NCBI GenBank assembly: GCA_965645245.1
Contig: OZ287071.1
Coordinates: 2,418,001-2,482,000 of the forward strand
Reading direction: 5' to 3'
DNA length: 64,000 nucleotides
Source of the DNA: Massalongia carnosa
Taxonomy: Eukaryota
Shown one piece after another: positions 12,601 to 26,459 of the stretch; positions within the stretch are counted from its first letter, which is position 1; each line of letters opens with the position of its first letter. The translations under genes and the position numbers were made by a program. Below the pieces are notes generated by a model. That model did no database searches and was not told the DNA's origin. It was given only the letters and a program-made list of their open reading frames with translations.

Positions 12601-13984
12601 CCTATGCGCTTGCTGTGCTGTGTTGGGCTGAGCTGGACTGTGCTTTTTTGGGGGGCTTTGCGGGCGGACGAATGAATGAATGATTAAATGACTGAGCGTG
12701 TGCTTATTAGTCCCTGTTCGGGTATTTTTATCCTCTCTTATCCACTTTTTAAAATAGATTATCGCAGTCCCGAGCTAATTCCTTGGAATCTTTAGTTAAT
12801 TTGGACCTTGAGCTCGAGCCTTGGGTTTAGAGGGAAGGAGGGAATGTATGTGGAGAAGGATAAGGATAAGAGCTGCAGTTTTCTTTTCTGTTTGTATATT
12901 TTGACGTCTCGCGAAGAGTGGGATGAGGTTAGATTAGTAGGAAGGGAGCAGGAGAGATATATATCTAGGGTTAGAAGTGGAGGTCGTGGTTGTTGGAATG
13001 ATGATGTTGTTTTTTTCTTCTCTTTTAGAATTTTTCTTCTCTCTTTCTTTCTCATTCTCGATATACGTAACCATTTATTTATTCATTACTTTATTCCTTT
13101 TCACTATTCTCTCAATTTTTATTCCTCCTCCCCCGGGTCATTTTCATTTTCTTATCCTTTCCCCTTCTCCTGCCTTCTTCCAAATAGACATGTTTAAGCG
13201 TTTTCTCGATTCAGGGTTTGAACGCGAACGCGAATTTCAATGCTGAAGAGGCACGCAAGTGGAACAGTAAATCTTACTCTCTCGGACTAAGCTGCGGAAA
13301 TGGATTTATAGAGAAATGGATTTGTTCCTTGAGGCAGACTTTATTTTTACTTATTTAAACCAGTCCGTCCCTTACGCGAAAACGGCATGGATTTCAACTC
13401 CTATTCACACATACACACAAACAAAAATACCTAGAATAGAAGAAGTACATATTTAGCCAAGCAAAGCCCAAATCAAAATTCTTTCCAACAACGGATGGAT
13501 ATTTACTTCTCCTGCCTGCCTGCCTGTCCGCCTGCCATTTGTCTATTATCCATCCATCCATCCATTCCAGCAAAACAGGTACATATAGATATATCAGAGT
13601 CCCGTTTCTGGATTTGGAGAAAAATTCCAACACGGCGAAAAAGAGAGAGATTGTCATTATCTTAGCGGATGCTCGGAATGCAACGAGATCAACTGCGCGG
13701 AGGAGGGAGTGGGAATGGGATGGGAAGCGAAAGAGTGGAGGTGGGAAAGAGGGTGGAGGATGTGGAGCTGGGGACTGGGATCGATTCTTACGCATGTATG
13801 CCATGTATGAGAGAGTGTGTGTGGGTGGATGCAGAGAGCGTTCGATTTCCTTTCTTGTATTTTATTTTCGACAACGCGGTACTTAGATACTTGGGCGGGA
13901 AGCTCTTTGCGTCCGAAGGGTCGGAGAGATGCGATACCTAACGTATTATAATATCGGGCGCATCCTGACCTCGTTTTTGTTTAC

Positions 13985-14731
13985 TTATTCCTCCAACCGC
14001 ATCTCAAATAGTTTCTCACTCCCCACCACCCGCCCCCCCGCTTCCGCCTCTCCGTTTCCCTCGCCTAAAACCCGCAGCTCCACACACCGCAACACTGTAA
14101 AGCGCATCTTGCTCCTCACCCGCTTGACATGCCTCTGCCTGCGCTTCGTCTTCTCCACCACGCGCATGGGTTCTCCATCGACGCCCAGCACGCGCATGCG
14201 GCACACGAAGCTGCGCTCATCGATCCATGGCTTGCCGCGCAGGGTGTAGTCGCGCGAGCCGAGCGTGGAGGCGCGGTTCAAGCGCAGGAGGGTCCCGGGG
14301 GGGGCGTTGGGGAGGTGGAAGGGCAAGCGGAGGATGTCGCCTGCTGTTAGGAGGTAAGGGCGCGCGTGCAGGTGCGCGGTTATGTAGTGAGGGGGTTGGG
14401 CGGCGAGGAGAGGGAGGAGGGAAGTGGCGGTGGTGGTGGTGGTGGTGGTGGTGGTGGTGGCGGGCTGTTGGGGAGTTGGCGCCGGGACAGGCGATGGAAG
14501 GTGGGCTTGTTGGATGGAGGCTGGTAATGGAGAGGGTGGTGAGGGAGTCTTTATAGAGTTTGGAACAGGCTTTAGGGGGTGGAAAGCGGTTGAGGGGGGG
14601 TTGGGCGAGGTTGTGTTTGAGATTGTTGAGAGGTGGGCACGAAAGGGGAGGAGGAATGTTGGTGGAAGAATGAACGATTGTGACGAGGATGAGGATTGGA
14701 TGATTGCGCGCCGTAGAGGTGAAGCCAACAT
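13985..14731 (-). CDS. MRPL49: Mitochondrial ribosomal protein bL21m (L21 family)
   Basis: C-terminal L21 domain (HYITAHLHARPYLLTAGD...GSRDYTLRG...KTKRRQRHVKRVRSK); Arg/Ser-rich presequence; poly-Thr from an (ACC)n microsatellite. Confidence 0.9.
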   Translation of the reverse strand: MLASPLRRAIIQSSSSSQSFILPPTFLLPFRAHLSTISNTTSPNPPSTAFHPLKPVPNSIKTPSPPSPLPASIQQAHLPSPVPAPTPQQPATTTTTTTTTTATSLLPLLAAQPPHYITAHLHARPYLLTAGDILRLPFHLPNAPPGTLLRLNRASTLGSRDYTLRGKPWIDERSFVCRMRVLGVDGEPMRVVEKTKRRQRHVKRVRSKMRFTVLRCVELRVLGEGNGEAEAGGRVVGSEKLFEMRLEE

Positions 14732-15299
14732 TTTGATTATGAGTCTTGTTGTTCGGCTGTTAAGGAGCCCGAGTTTTGAGCAGACGTTGAATTAATCACA
14801 AATTTGGAGGCTATTAAATGCCAAGAAAAGAGTAACGTAATTTATTGTTTGTTCGGCGTCCAACTACAGTAGTTACCCTTTCCTCCAATAATCCCGATGT
14901 TCAATATATTTCAACATCATAGCATGACAGCATTGTCAGCGTAAATAGCTCATGCTGCCCTCCTTAGCGGGGCAACGAGAAATCCGTCTTCTGTTTTACT
15001 GTCTACGTGCCACTTGGACTTGATCCTAAAGCGATGGTAGATGTAGGTATTCAAGGACGTCACCGAACAGGGTCGAAAGGAAGAGAGGTGGCCGAGCAAA
15101 GAAAAGAACATTTGCAATTGGAAGTCGCTTTCCATGGGCGAAATCAAAATTCGCGAAGTTCTGGCTAGAGGACACAATGATATCGTATCGCAATACCTAG
15201 CAGCGAAAGACGCGGCCTACCCGAGATATCAGGCAATGGAAACACGTATACTAAAGAGAGAAATGAAAATGAGCACGGATTCCAGGCACACACGGAACA

Positions 15300-16620
15300 G
15301 ACCCACTCACTGAGAATATACCCCATGAACATAAAATCTGAATGAGCGTCTACGGCGACTCTTAGAACAAGGGAACTCTCCACCGTGTGGCAAGTCCGAA
15401 TTCGGCAGCTACCCCATGTACATAATATTCAGAATGTGTATGAAAAAGCAAGACCATCGCTTAAACTGGTTCTAGGCTTTGTAGAATTGCATGGAGACGT
15501 CGGTGATTTATTTATGGGAGAGGGCCTTATATGACTCGGGGGTCAAAAGATTGGAGCTCGCAGAAGGCATTATGAGGCTAATCTATCATAAAGTATGATG
15601 GAGCACTCCATGGTATCGACTATCCTCGGTGTCCTCAACCAAGAAATCGGCATCAGCGGACGGAGAAAGAGGCCAGGATCGCTGCGTCAAATCACCGACT
15701 TTGCCCGGTGAGTACATCGGTTTGATACGACCAAAGCTCATTGAACCCATGAGATCCCAGCGGCTGCCACTTGCAAAAGCTTGAAACAGCCTCGCTTGCA
15801 TCATATTGGAATCCGGGGGTTATACTCCGGCGGAGGAATACCCCCAATGATCTCTTGACATCAATCGGAATAGAGGTTTAGTGGAGAATGGTCGTGCAAC
15901 TTTTCACTTCGCCAAGAACTTTAAGAACCTTTCATTGGTCCGGATCGCTCAAGGTCTCCATGAGGATGCTCTGGAATTTACTTCACGAGCTACTACATTG
16001 ATTGAGTGCGGGACTGGCGTGATAGTGCAACAGCTCAGGCTTTCAAAATTCACCAATCTTATGCCTTATTCTATGCTGGCAAGCTCCTTGAAGCATATCA
16101 AATGCATATCGAGGCTTTTCAGGCTCGGGAAAAGATATTCAGCCAGAACGGGGTTTATTAGCCTTAACAGCAACTATGCTTGTGGGGTTGTGCTTCATTC
16201 TTTAGGCCGTGTGCAAGAAATAAGGTGCGTATACAGCATGCTGGCTCTCACAAGTAATTTTCGCTCATTCATTTTACCCCTGGCAGCTCTATGCTCAACA
16301 GATGCCTATAAACATAACTGGGGAGCAGCTAGCCGCTTGAATGTGTGGCCCGAGCCAAACATCGCCTTGCCACAGTATTGCGTGAAGACGTTGGCATATC
16401 TGATGAAATCGTGTCCCTGGAAAACGACGCACGCGTGATACGAACCAAGCTGAAAGATGTTGCTCAGTTTTCTGCTGATAAGGCATGCCCCGACGGACTA
16501 AGCGATTTAGTGGTGTACGATCACATGGTCTCTTTCGAAGCTGGCAGGAGTGCCATTGGTTATTTGAAACTCCAATCACTAGATATTTGGATTACCCCTC
16601 CTTATGCATCCAATCTCACC
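15300..16620 (+). pseudogene. Decayed TPR-repeat region resembling the C-terminus of fungal NB-ARC/TPR NLR proteins
   Basis: Frameshifted fragments NLSLVRIAQGLHEDALEF, SNYACGVVLHSLGRVQE, ARAKHRLATVLRE, VYDHMVSFEAGRS; start boundary approximate. Confidence 0.55.
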
Positions 16621-17979
16621 ACTAGAGAGCGCCCACGCGTTTGCCTTGAACCTGTGCAGAAGGCAAATTGTACTGATTGACTGCATGCAGCTCAGCTCTC
16701 GTATATGGTTGGCCTGTAAGACTACTAGAAAGCCTACCAGAATTATCTTTTAGCTTCGCGGAGTCGAAAGAACCATGAGAAGGAGAGACGGGCATCTTGA
16801 GAGCATAATTACGAGCCTTTCTTTCCATAAAAACCCCATGTCGGGAGATTATCAGAAGGCTATGATTTAGGTAGTAAGACTCTTTTCGCTATTACTCTCA
16901 TGTTCAAGCTTACTCTATGCTAGTAGCCCATATACACCGTCCATCCTGAGCTGAGATCTGACCAAACTGCTGACTAGATCAAACAACGAGGACCGCAAAG
17001 TGAACAGTTCTTCGGCATTATCAATCAAAAACTCTCGTGCATCACTCCCAACCTCTGATCCTAGTAGCGACGCTCTTGGCAAGACCGACGCCAAGTCTCC
17101 AGCCTTCTGGGTAGCGAACCTCGAACAGGCGGCCAAAGATGAGAAACACGCTCAGCCCTGGAAAACTGCTCTTGAAGGAGTGGTGGCCGGTAATTATCGC
17201 GCATACACAGCCTAGAATCTAGAAGGTGCTGAAGACGATCCATTCATGAATCGATAGGCCCTAGGCTAGTCCTGCAGGGCAGTTGGGTGCCTTCGCTCTG
17301 GGGACGAGGAATCAGGAATATTTGCTGGTTAAGCTGGGGAACGATTAGGAGCTGATGCGGAGTCGATCTGTTCTATCTTTTAATGATATGGCGTGTCCAA
17401 CCGCAGAGACGGCTGGGTACGAATGCAGGGAGTCCATGCAGGAAACACGAGCGTACTGAGGAGCTGGGACACGCCGTGCATGCATAGCGACATATGTTGA
17501 TTGCCTAGCTATTGCTCGAATGAACCAATTGAAGGCTTGACGTGGTCATTTGGGATTTGACACATGAGGGGCTACGTTGAACGCATGACTTTAAGCGAGA
17601 GTTTTGGGATTGACTTTGGGACTTCGGTGAATGGCACGTTTCCAAGATGCTACATGAGCTTTTTGTTGATGGTGATTTGATAGTGATTTGATAAAGTAGA
17701 CATCTCATATGTCCGGCATCTAGGGTATGGGTACGAGTATCTATGCCGGGGGGCTGACAAGCTCCATTCTGAGCCAAGCCAGATAGGGTACGGTAGTATA
17801 GAGAAGGTGAGTGAATAAGCACCTAGCATTGGGTTAACCCCGCATTTTCAGCCTCAAGGCACTCTACAAAGTAAATCTTTCAATGCGAGGAAGCCTTTCC
17901 GAGAGCTCGCTTGCGATAGTAGCTTCGTGCTACACAATGACTGCCGAGGAACTGCCTATCAATCGCAGTCCGCATTGTC

Positions 17980-19137
17980 CATCTATAGCTTTTTACCCCC
18001 CCTTTCTCATACTGCTAAGTCCTTGGGGGGCGCCCAGCCATGGTTCGCCCGCATCGCTGCCGCAAGACTTGTGTATGCCGAAGACCGGGCAATTTCTAAG
18101 CACGAGAAGCTGTATAGCATCCTTTCCTACATGAATGATGGTGCTATTACCATGAACTTGAGATGGGAAGAGGGCGAGGAGGAAAGGATATACAACGTTC
18201 GCGGAGAGGAACAGGACTTCACCCTCGACGGACAAGGTTTTTGCTTTTGCCTTGCACCAACCACCTTCGACGGGTGGTAGTCTCGGCAGATGGCGGACGA
18301 GCGTTGTTTCCCAGCAATAAAGAAACTATTGAGACAGAAAGTCGAAGGAGCAGATGAGGTGAAGATTTTCGATTGGAGGGCAAATCAGATCATGTGAAAG
18401 AACGATTACCTTTGAACCAGAAGTGTCCAGGCTAATGACTCCTTAGAGGAGATTGCAGCGGAGTGAGGGCGCACCGAGCAGACGTTTTACAAACCTGAAT
18501 GATCCGTGTGATCCTCTGAGGCCTGATGGACAGGTACATCTAGGTAGGTGTCAAGGCAATGGCTCCATCCATGAGGTGTTGACACATGTCGAGTAGATAA
18601 TACGCTTTCATAACAACATCGGATCAAAACCTCTTCGGCTTGCTAAAGCGCGTGAAGCTTTTGTGGGCGGCCGAGCCAATTTTCTCCTCCGAGGACGTAT
18701 TTAACTCATCAAGTTGAGTGTTCGCAAGGTGTCCCACACTCGTTCCTCAGAGCGTGTAGCGTCCCCTTAAGCTAGTCGAAAATTAGCCTTTAGCCCTCTA
18801 TAACAGCTCATCGATTAAGTATGATGACCTGCTCGAGGTGATCTGATAGGGAAAGACTATATCGGCTCGACCATGTATGTAAAATATCATGATGGTTTTC
18901 AATGTTATTATCTTGGGAACTAGAGGCCTGAGGAAGTATGTTTATTCAAGAGCACTGATTCCAGCGAAGAGGTCCGGGCTCAGAGTCAGAGGCTCTTGTT
19001 ATCAGATGCCAGGGGGTGTTAACGAAGCAGTAGTTTGCCCACATGTGTCTTTTGATCAAGACAATGCTTCATGCAATGCCAAGCCCAGGGAGAGTATCGA
19101 AATCCGTGCGCTGGTATTTACCTTTCCCAAAGGCTGA
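17980..19137 (+). pseudogene. Decayed AsaB/CmcJ-like (NvfI-family) oxidoreductase
   Basis: N-terminal NVRGEEQDFTLDGQGF and C-terminal CPHVSF...PRESIEIRALVF motifs typical of this family; stops and frameshifts in between. Confidence 0.7.
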
Positions 19138-19389
19138 TTTCCCCTACCAAGCTTCTCCGATGCTAGGCAAGCATTTATCTCTCATTCGTCTGCGGCGTTT
19201 CTACTGCTGTTATGGATAAATTTTGCCTAGGAGTAGATTATTTTGTGGGTTCTTGCAGCATAGATATTGAAGATGCTTATTAACGTAGCTTCAGAATCAT
19301 ACCTGACATCGCTTTAAATCATATTATTCCCGACTCGATACTTGAAGGAAGCTAGTGAGCAGATCCTTAAAATCTTTATCTAAAATCTA

Positions 19390-20269
19390 TTTTATATTAA
19401 TCAAAAGTCCAAAATTGCTTATCAGTCGCGCCCAAATGCCTGGATTAGGGATTTTCCAGTCCTGCACAATTGCATGCCCAGCCACATCCTGGCGCATTCT
19501 ATCGGCAGAAGTTGTGCCATTGACTACCACAAGGTTAAGGTTCATTATCAAGTAATACAGCGCAATAGCCTCGGAAATATTAGCATTGCGTGCCAGAATT
19601 TGTACCGGCTCACTGATCAGTAGATGCGGATTGGCTTTCAGCGTCTCAAAGACTGATACGCAATGTTTTCCTTCGTACAAAACTCTCTAAGGGAGGAATC
19701 ATAGACATTATCACTGCAAACCCTGTTCTGTATCGTAGTTGGCTTGACCAGCACACGGGCGTAAATTGCTTCCAGCATGGGTAGCGTGAAGTTTGACACA
19801 CCAAGCGTCCGGATCCGATGCGGTACATACTCCTCGAGGACTGACCAGGCTTCCAAGTTTGCATGGAGCGTGGGAAGGGGTGCGTGGAGCAGCACACCGC
19901 CGATATACGAGACTTTCTCGGACTTCAAGCTCGGATCGGATCGGAAGTTCACTAGCGAAGATCTGACCGAGGAACGAATCTGTTCTGCCAAGGGGAGAGT
20001 GGCATCGTAGGGCATGTTGATATTTTTAAGGGTTAGGGGTGGGGAGGGAGGGAACTATGAGCGGTGTTGGCACCAACATAGATTCGCTCTCGCGTGAACG
20101 TTCCGGCTCGGAACCCCCATCGTAAGGCTTCCCCAGCTAAATACTCGCGGTAATATCGAGGTTGTGCACAGTCGATGGCCGAAAATCCGGCCGTACAGGC
20201 ATGGAATACCAGGTTGGCAGTGTCTTCTCCCTTCCAGGCAACACCATAGATGAACGATGTAGGGGTCAT
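19390..20269 (-). pseudogene. Aldo/keto reductase, disrupted
   Basis: FIYGVAWKG...AGFSAIDCAQPRYYRE, VLLHAP, IRTLGVSNF, IQNR; frameshift near 19650 and divergent C-terminus. Confidence 0.75.
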
Positions 20270-20661
20270 TCTGATTCACCTTTTTTGAAGTGAACATCTG
20301 GCTGAGTAAGTTGGATTGAAAATTAATCACAGACGTGGATGAACTTACTATCTATTATAGCTCACTCAGTAGGAGTGAGCCATCACGTGTGCTCGATGAG
20401 GTTAAATAATTCGAATTATGACGACGGATACCTACGCTACGGAGTACTGATTCCACCGAGCTCAGGGCCGCTCTAACCACAACGAGTATAGCTTTCCCAC
20501 AAACAATTTAAAGTTACGAAAACAACCTACTACCTACAGTCGACAGTCTACCACCATCCTACACAAAACCTTTTCGCCAGATCCCCAGGTCATCGCTCAC
20601 CGATACATATTCAAAGCCATCTTAAATCAGCAGTGTAAGATCTAGTCCAAACACAGCAACC

Positions 20662-20945
20662 ATGTCCCACGAATCGGTCTGGTTCTCGCGCCCCCGCACA
20701 TACGGCAAAGGAAGCCGTCAATGGTACGTATCCGGTCCCCTTCTCTCCCAGCTTCCTCTTTCCTGCAGGCTCACCATCATAGCCGTACCTGCACCCATAA
20801 AGCTGGTCTCATTCGCAAGTACGGCATCAATATGTGCCGCCAATGTTTTCGGGAGAAGGCGCACGATGTTGGGTTCCAGAAGGTACGTTTGCACGGGACT
20901 GCTTAATGGTGCTGGACTAACGTGATAACGTCTTAGCATCGGTGA
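20662..20945 (+). CDS. RPS29: 40S ribosomal protein S29 (uS14), three exons
   Basis: Spliced [56 protein letters not shown]; two GTACGT...YAG introns. Confidence 0.97.
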
Positions 20946-23919
20946 TTACGGGTAGATTTTTGAAAAGGTTGGTGGTAGGGGATGGTGAAGGGAGTGCGAG
21001 AAGGTGATGACTCCGTTTGGCGGGATACAGCTGTTATACTTTTGCTACATTGGACCAATATGGATGGAAGTTGCGTCTCTAGGGAAATGGCAGAGATCAG
21101 ATCCAGGCGCTATGCGACGAGCTCTCATGAATCCCTCGCCCACCATTCGCGCATGAAGACCTAGATCCAAGGTCTAAGAATACTTTGCACGGCTAGCTAG
21201 TTTGGCAGTAAGCCATCAGATGGATTTTACGATCACTTATATTCCTATCGTTGCAACCTGGATTAGTAGCATTTATCTAATGATAAGTACATGAATCCGT
21301 CGTTGAAGAGGCAAATGCTTTAGATACATGTTCAGCATTTCAAACTCAACTTCACGCCAACCCCCGAAGCCTGCTAAACAATGCCAGGGGACCTTGAGAA
21401 TCAGAACTCTGTGATCAGGAATGGGCCCTGAACTCTTGAGCACTTCTAACCATTATCTTTCCTTCGATGTTCTTGGCCTGAAGGTTTCTCAGGAAAGGCG
21501 TGAAGCCTTTTTCGCCTGCTGCGTTGGGGTTGATATCAAATCGACCATTTATGCAAAGAAAAATCAATTTCACTCTGCGAGCTATTGACGTCAAGACGGG
21601 CATCTTTCAGTAGCCCTATGGCAATTTTCATATTACATCTCCAATCTCAGCCAGTGCGGATCGGTTTCAGCATGCCCGCATTTTTTTTATTTGTCTTATA
21701 CTTTGGATTAGTCAGTAAACTTATAAGAAGTTGCAGATTATCATTGGCAATTGCCTAATTGAGTGGCATTATGCTATCTTCACCAATTGCATTTACGTTT
21801 TCTTTCATTTCTATCAATGTCAAGCACTGTCCGCAGAAAATCATCACGCTGCATGCAGTAGTGCAAGGGAGAAGAGCCCTTTGCGAGTAATACTTACTAG
21901 CGGTAACCGATCGTGCTATGTAGCTACGGATCTCTGGGGGGGAGCAAGATAACTCGCCTCGAATGAAGGGACATACCCCTAATTCCCGCAGACTTTTACT
22001 TTATTTTTGGGTTCAAGGCCGTTTTCCACGTCCAGCCGCGCTAACAGACGAAAGCGACGACGAAGCTTAAGGATTGCATTTTCCTTTCCAAGGAAGATTT
22101 TTCGGATTTCTTTTTACTGAAACCTTCATCCTTAGGCAGGGTCATGCGAGCCGATAATAGACATACTCGCTTTCGGCAGAGCAAAGCCTATAATGCTTTA
22201 AGGTTTCCTTATCAATTTTTCTTGCAGCTTCGTGGATTTGTATAGAGTTCTTTGACCGTTTGCTGGGCGAATCAAATATATCCGTCTTCCTCGAATTTTA
22301 CCAGACAGCGACACGCTTACTGAAATGATGACTATATATACACGGACCCTGATCGAGATCATTCCAATAGTGGTATTCTGCATGTACTATAAAAGAACGC
22401 TGATGCTCTTTCTAGAAGATCGGTTTCTTGACACCATTTAATCCAGCAAATCACTTTGATTGCCCTGATACGGAAGCCTGCCGGTATTTTGCGTAAGAGT
22501 CTACACTAATAAGACTCGGTTTTGATTTTACACAAGACAAGGCTAGTCTATTACACCTTGACTAAAGTTTGCCCCTTCAGGGAAGCGTGGAGGAAGACGC
22601 CATTCGGGGATCTCTCGTTCAATTGCTGCTTGGGTCTTCTCCGCTATGCTAGTGATCTACTTGTAGAATCATTGGGTTTTCTCGCGGATGAAGCTACATA
22701 TTGTTACACAGCCGCATTAGCTTGAATAATTACAGCGACGTCTGCGAGACACAAGAGTTTATCCAAGGGATCAACAACAAACCCATGTTCTCTATTTCGA
22801 TTCTTTGAATTTTGTGATTAAGCTACTTCCTAAACCAGTTACAGCACCAGTCAGAGGATCTTCAATGGATCTTCGATGGAATTCCATTGCATCCTCCTCG
22901 GTGTATCGAGGCAGGTATTCATTGACAGAAGGCTTGGAAAGAGAAGAGAACGCAGCACTTCCAGAGCTATTATCTCAGAAAACTTATTTCCCCAGAAGAG
23001 ACAAATAGCGACATGGCCGGATCCCAATACATGCCTTACGCTCTTTTGCTAGACACGTGTGCATTTATATACCAGCTCATCGCAATTATCTACCACCGGT
23101 TACCCCAAAGAGCCACAAGCCACGCCCATTAGGTCGAGCATCTTACATTAGATACAGGATATGTAGAGATTTAATAGGAACCCTTATAGACTCGAAGGAT
23201 TTTGCGCATAATCACTCTAGGATCAAATCAAAGGAGATACTCTATGAGTGTACGCGAGTATGCCATACATTTATGCTTAACGTATCGCTATATGGAAACG
23301 AGCTATATTTTGCAGAGAGCAGCCTATTTGACAGACGCCGAGAAATCCTCGTCTTCTCTTCTCACGGCGCCGATTAACCCCCTGAAAGAGTCAAAGATCA
23401 TGGCATAGGCTTCTCTAAGCTAGCTCTTAGGGCTCCAATCATTGATCTATGTTGGCCTCTATGTGCTAGCAGCGATTTTTCATTAGGAAACTGCAAAGGA
23501 CGGCACTCAACAATCAGACCAGCCAACCTGGTAACTCTCTTTCTCTCATCCAATCCGAACACACATCATGTATGTAGATAGATTCTTCACTTGTTTCGCA
23601 AACTTCAGGATCCCACTATTCATAAGTCCTGTCTTCGAGTAAACCCTCGTAAAAAAAAATCAAATTAGAAAATGATATCTTTACCTCACAGCCCTTCGCC
23701 CCGAAACAATCGGGCCAGAAAAGCTGCCACTAGCTTCTCCTCCGCGAGTTATACTCGCCAGTCGCGCTCAAATTCTAGTCAAAACCCAACTATCGGGATT
23801 CGCGCACTCAGGGGGTAGCTAGAGTTAAGGTAGTTTAAAATACAACAAGCGCGTTCCTGAACCCGATAACTTTATCCTCGAGGCTTACCTTGCCTAATTA
23901 TATTCACCTCCGGAATGGC

Positions 23920-24290
23920 GGTGCAATTCTCCTCTCCTGCTGGTGCTCCGGTTTTTTTAATGAGAACCCCACCTATACTTATGGCTTTGTTCTTGACAGC
24001 CGTTGAGGGGGGAAATCTCCATCTACCTAAGTGGCTGATTTGGGGAGTGGATGCATGGGATAAAAAGGTACCTTTTTGATGCTGGCCTTCCGAGTCAACG
24101 ATGACGATGATGAGGGGCCAAAAGGCGCCACCGATTTATGCTCTCTTTCTCCCCTTCTTGTTCCACTATTTTGAACATCAGCTCCCCTTTGTTTGCCTTC
24201 GGCCTCCATCGGCCAGTTATCCACGGTTTGCCTCCACTCGGTCCCCGGCATTATGTGTGTACCTTTGCGCCCCTAGCCGAATTACGTTAG
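23920..24290 (-). repeat. Dispersed ~370-400 bp repeat, copy 1 (inverted relative to copies 2 and 3)
   Basis: Reverse complement shares ordered blocks gtaattcggctagg, gatgttcaaaatagtggaacaagaaggggagaaagagagcat and aggtagatggagatttcccccctca with 53501-53897 and 63556-63922. Confidence 0.8.
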
Positions 24291-25524
24291 GCATTCTGGA
24301 GAAGATGGATGGGGGTCTGAACGGTTGTGTCTGGTGAAAGGTTGCGCAGTAGTATGGGGAGCACTAATTCCTAGCTAGCTACCCAAAAAAGGACGCAACC
24401 ACCTACGGAGTACTCTGTACATACTTACTTATCATTCATCCAGACTTTAGATACTTTATATACTTTATCCCAATACCCTCGACCTGGCTGACTGGCTGGA
24501 CAGTTTACAGTTGTAGCAGCAGCAGCAAGCGATAAGGGGTTTCTATGGGCTGCTTTTTTCTTTCCTTTCTTTCTATTTCCTATTCTTTCACTTCTTGTCA
24601 AAAAACGAAAAAGAGAGAAATAAATGAGAATTGGGGGGGTGGCTTAGCATAACTATGTACCACTTACTTGATTGCTTATTGGCCGATTGATTGGCTAGCT
24701 AGTCGATCGGTTACTCGCTCTGTCGAGGTTGATGACTATGTACGTAGGTAGAGTATGCAGCAAGCTTACTCACTCAGTCCATCTATCCCTCCATCGCATT
24801 ATTCCTCGTATTTTCCAATACATAAATTATACACACACGTATGGCATAGATGAAACCTTCCTCCGCTTCGCCCCCTCCAGAAGGGCGTATGGGGCTATGT
24901 GATATATACATAGACGTATTCTGTATAGAAGTCTCAAATAGTGGGAACAGGCCTCTGGCTCCTTCAATGAAAACGTCTCCGCGCGGCTTTCTTTCTTTTG
25001 GTTCTGGATGGAGTAGGGGATGAGTTGATGGATGGATGAATGAATAGATGGGGTAGCGAACCGAGGAACTTTTAGATATGTGGACTTGCGGGAGATGGAG
25101 ATCTTGTTCTAGATTCTGGGCTAGTGGGGGTTGTCAGGCGATCACATAGATGTCGGGAGATAAATTACTTAGCCAAACATAGAACTCTTGAAACGAGAAC
25201 GACGAACCTTGGCAGGCATACCTGTACGGGAACGGAGATGGGGAAATAGGTAGAATGATGGTTAGCAGAGTAGTTTCTTTCTCATGCGGTCGCCATAGGA
25301 TTCTCTTAAAAAGAAAAGAAAAGAAAACCGCCAAACACCCCAAGACGCAGTTATGACTAGACCTTCCAAAGGCCTTCTTACCTAGTGATCACCCCGAAAC
25401 AAATGCAAAATAAAAAGACTTTTCCCAAATTTCCAGCATTTAGGAACTTTTCTCGCATCCGCGAACACCTTACCCAATGAAAATAAAAGCACGCTCGACG
25501 TGATTCATAGAACCCATAAACTAT

Positions 25525-26459
25525 CTACCATGCGGGCACTTCATACATGCTCCTAGCGTGGGATGCCAGCTCCACAGGACCCCAGGAACGAATGCCGAGT
25601 TCTTGCAGGCCGGAATGGTAGTGGGGATCGCTCAGGGAGCCCACGGTCAGGGCAGCGGTCTTTGTTTCGAGCTTGGTAGGCTTTCGCGTAATGTGTAGCT
25701 GGCGCACGTGGCCAAGGATTAAGCCAAGGGTTAGCAGAAACAAGACGCCTAAGACAATCCCAACCGCGATGGCGACGGGGGCAGTGGCGGCGGTGGCGGC
25801 GGCGGCGGCTGTGAATTGTTCGGCCAAGGAGTTACGAGTGGATGTGGAAGACAAGACCGAAGTCGTGGAGACTGCTGTGTTGGTCACCGAAGTGGTAGAT
25901 GAGACCCCCGTCGTCGAGGACCCCATAGTATGGGTTAAGGTTTTGTCTTGGACGTTGGATGAAGGAACGAAGGGGGACCCGGGACTTAGAGAGAACGGTT
26001 GGTCACAACAGGACGATTCCGCCCCATTGGTTCCTTTGGCACGTTTGCAGCAGAATTGGTTCGACCAGATACCCTGGAAGCAAGGGAGAACGTCGCTGTG
26101 TGTATCCGTGGCATCTTTCGCGAAGGTCTTGTAATTAGATATTATTTTCACCATAGGGAGCGCGAACTCTGCGAAGGCCTTCACATACTATTGATGCAAT
26201 TTCCAGGGCAGTTTGGTGAACCCCATTTTTGGTCGGTGCAGCCACCACGATAGATGAATCCCGAAGATCCAAAGCAGTATCCTGAGGTCAAACAAACCGA
26301 ATCCTGCAGACTGCAGCATGCACTACCTTCAACAGCGGTCGTGTTACAAGGCTGATAGTCCTCGGCAACGGTTCTGTCCGGATAGTAGCAAGTGGAGCAC
26401 ACGAATTTTGGAGGGAAAAGGAGGGACAACCCAAGCACGAAAAAGCAATACCTGGACAT
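25525..26459 (-). CDS. Single-pass membrane protein: signal peptide, Cys-rich ectodomain, Ser/Thr stalk, TM helix, short cytosolic tail (cell-surface sensor-like)
   Basis: TCYYPD...YQPCN...SACC...CLTSGYC...YRGGCTDQKWGSPNCPGNC; intron GTATGT...CTAAT...AAG joins ORFs 26181-26534 and 25525-26184; TM segment IAVGIVLGVLFLLTLGLILG. Confidence 0.8.

Noticed and set aside
20025..20045. TTAGGG-like sequence
   Set aside because: A single unit, not a telomeric array.
21950..23450. Coding-like fragments on the minus strand (e.g. KPSVNEYLPRYTEEDAMEFHRRSIEDPL)
   Set aside because: Too fragmented by stops to assign a family or boundaries.
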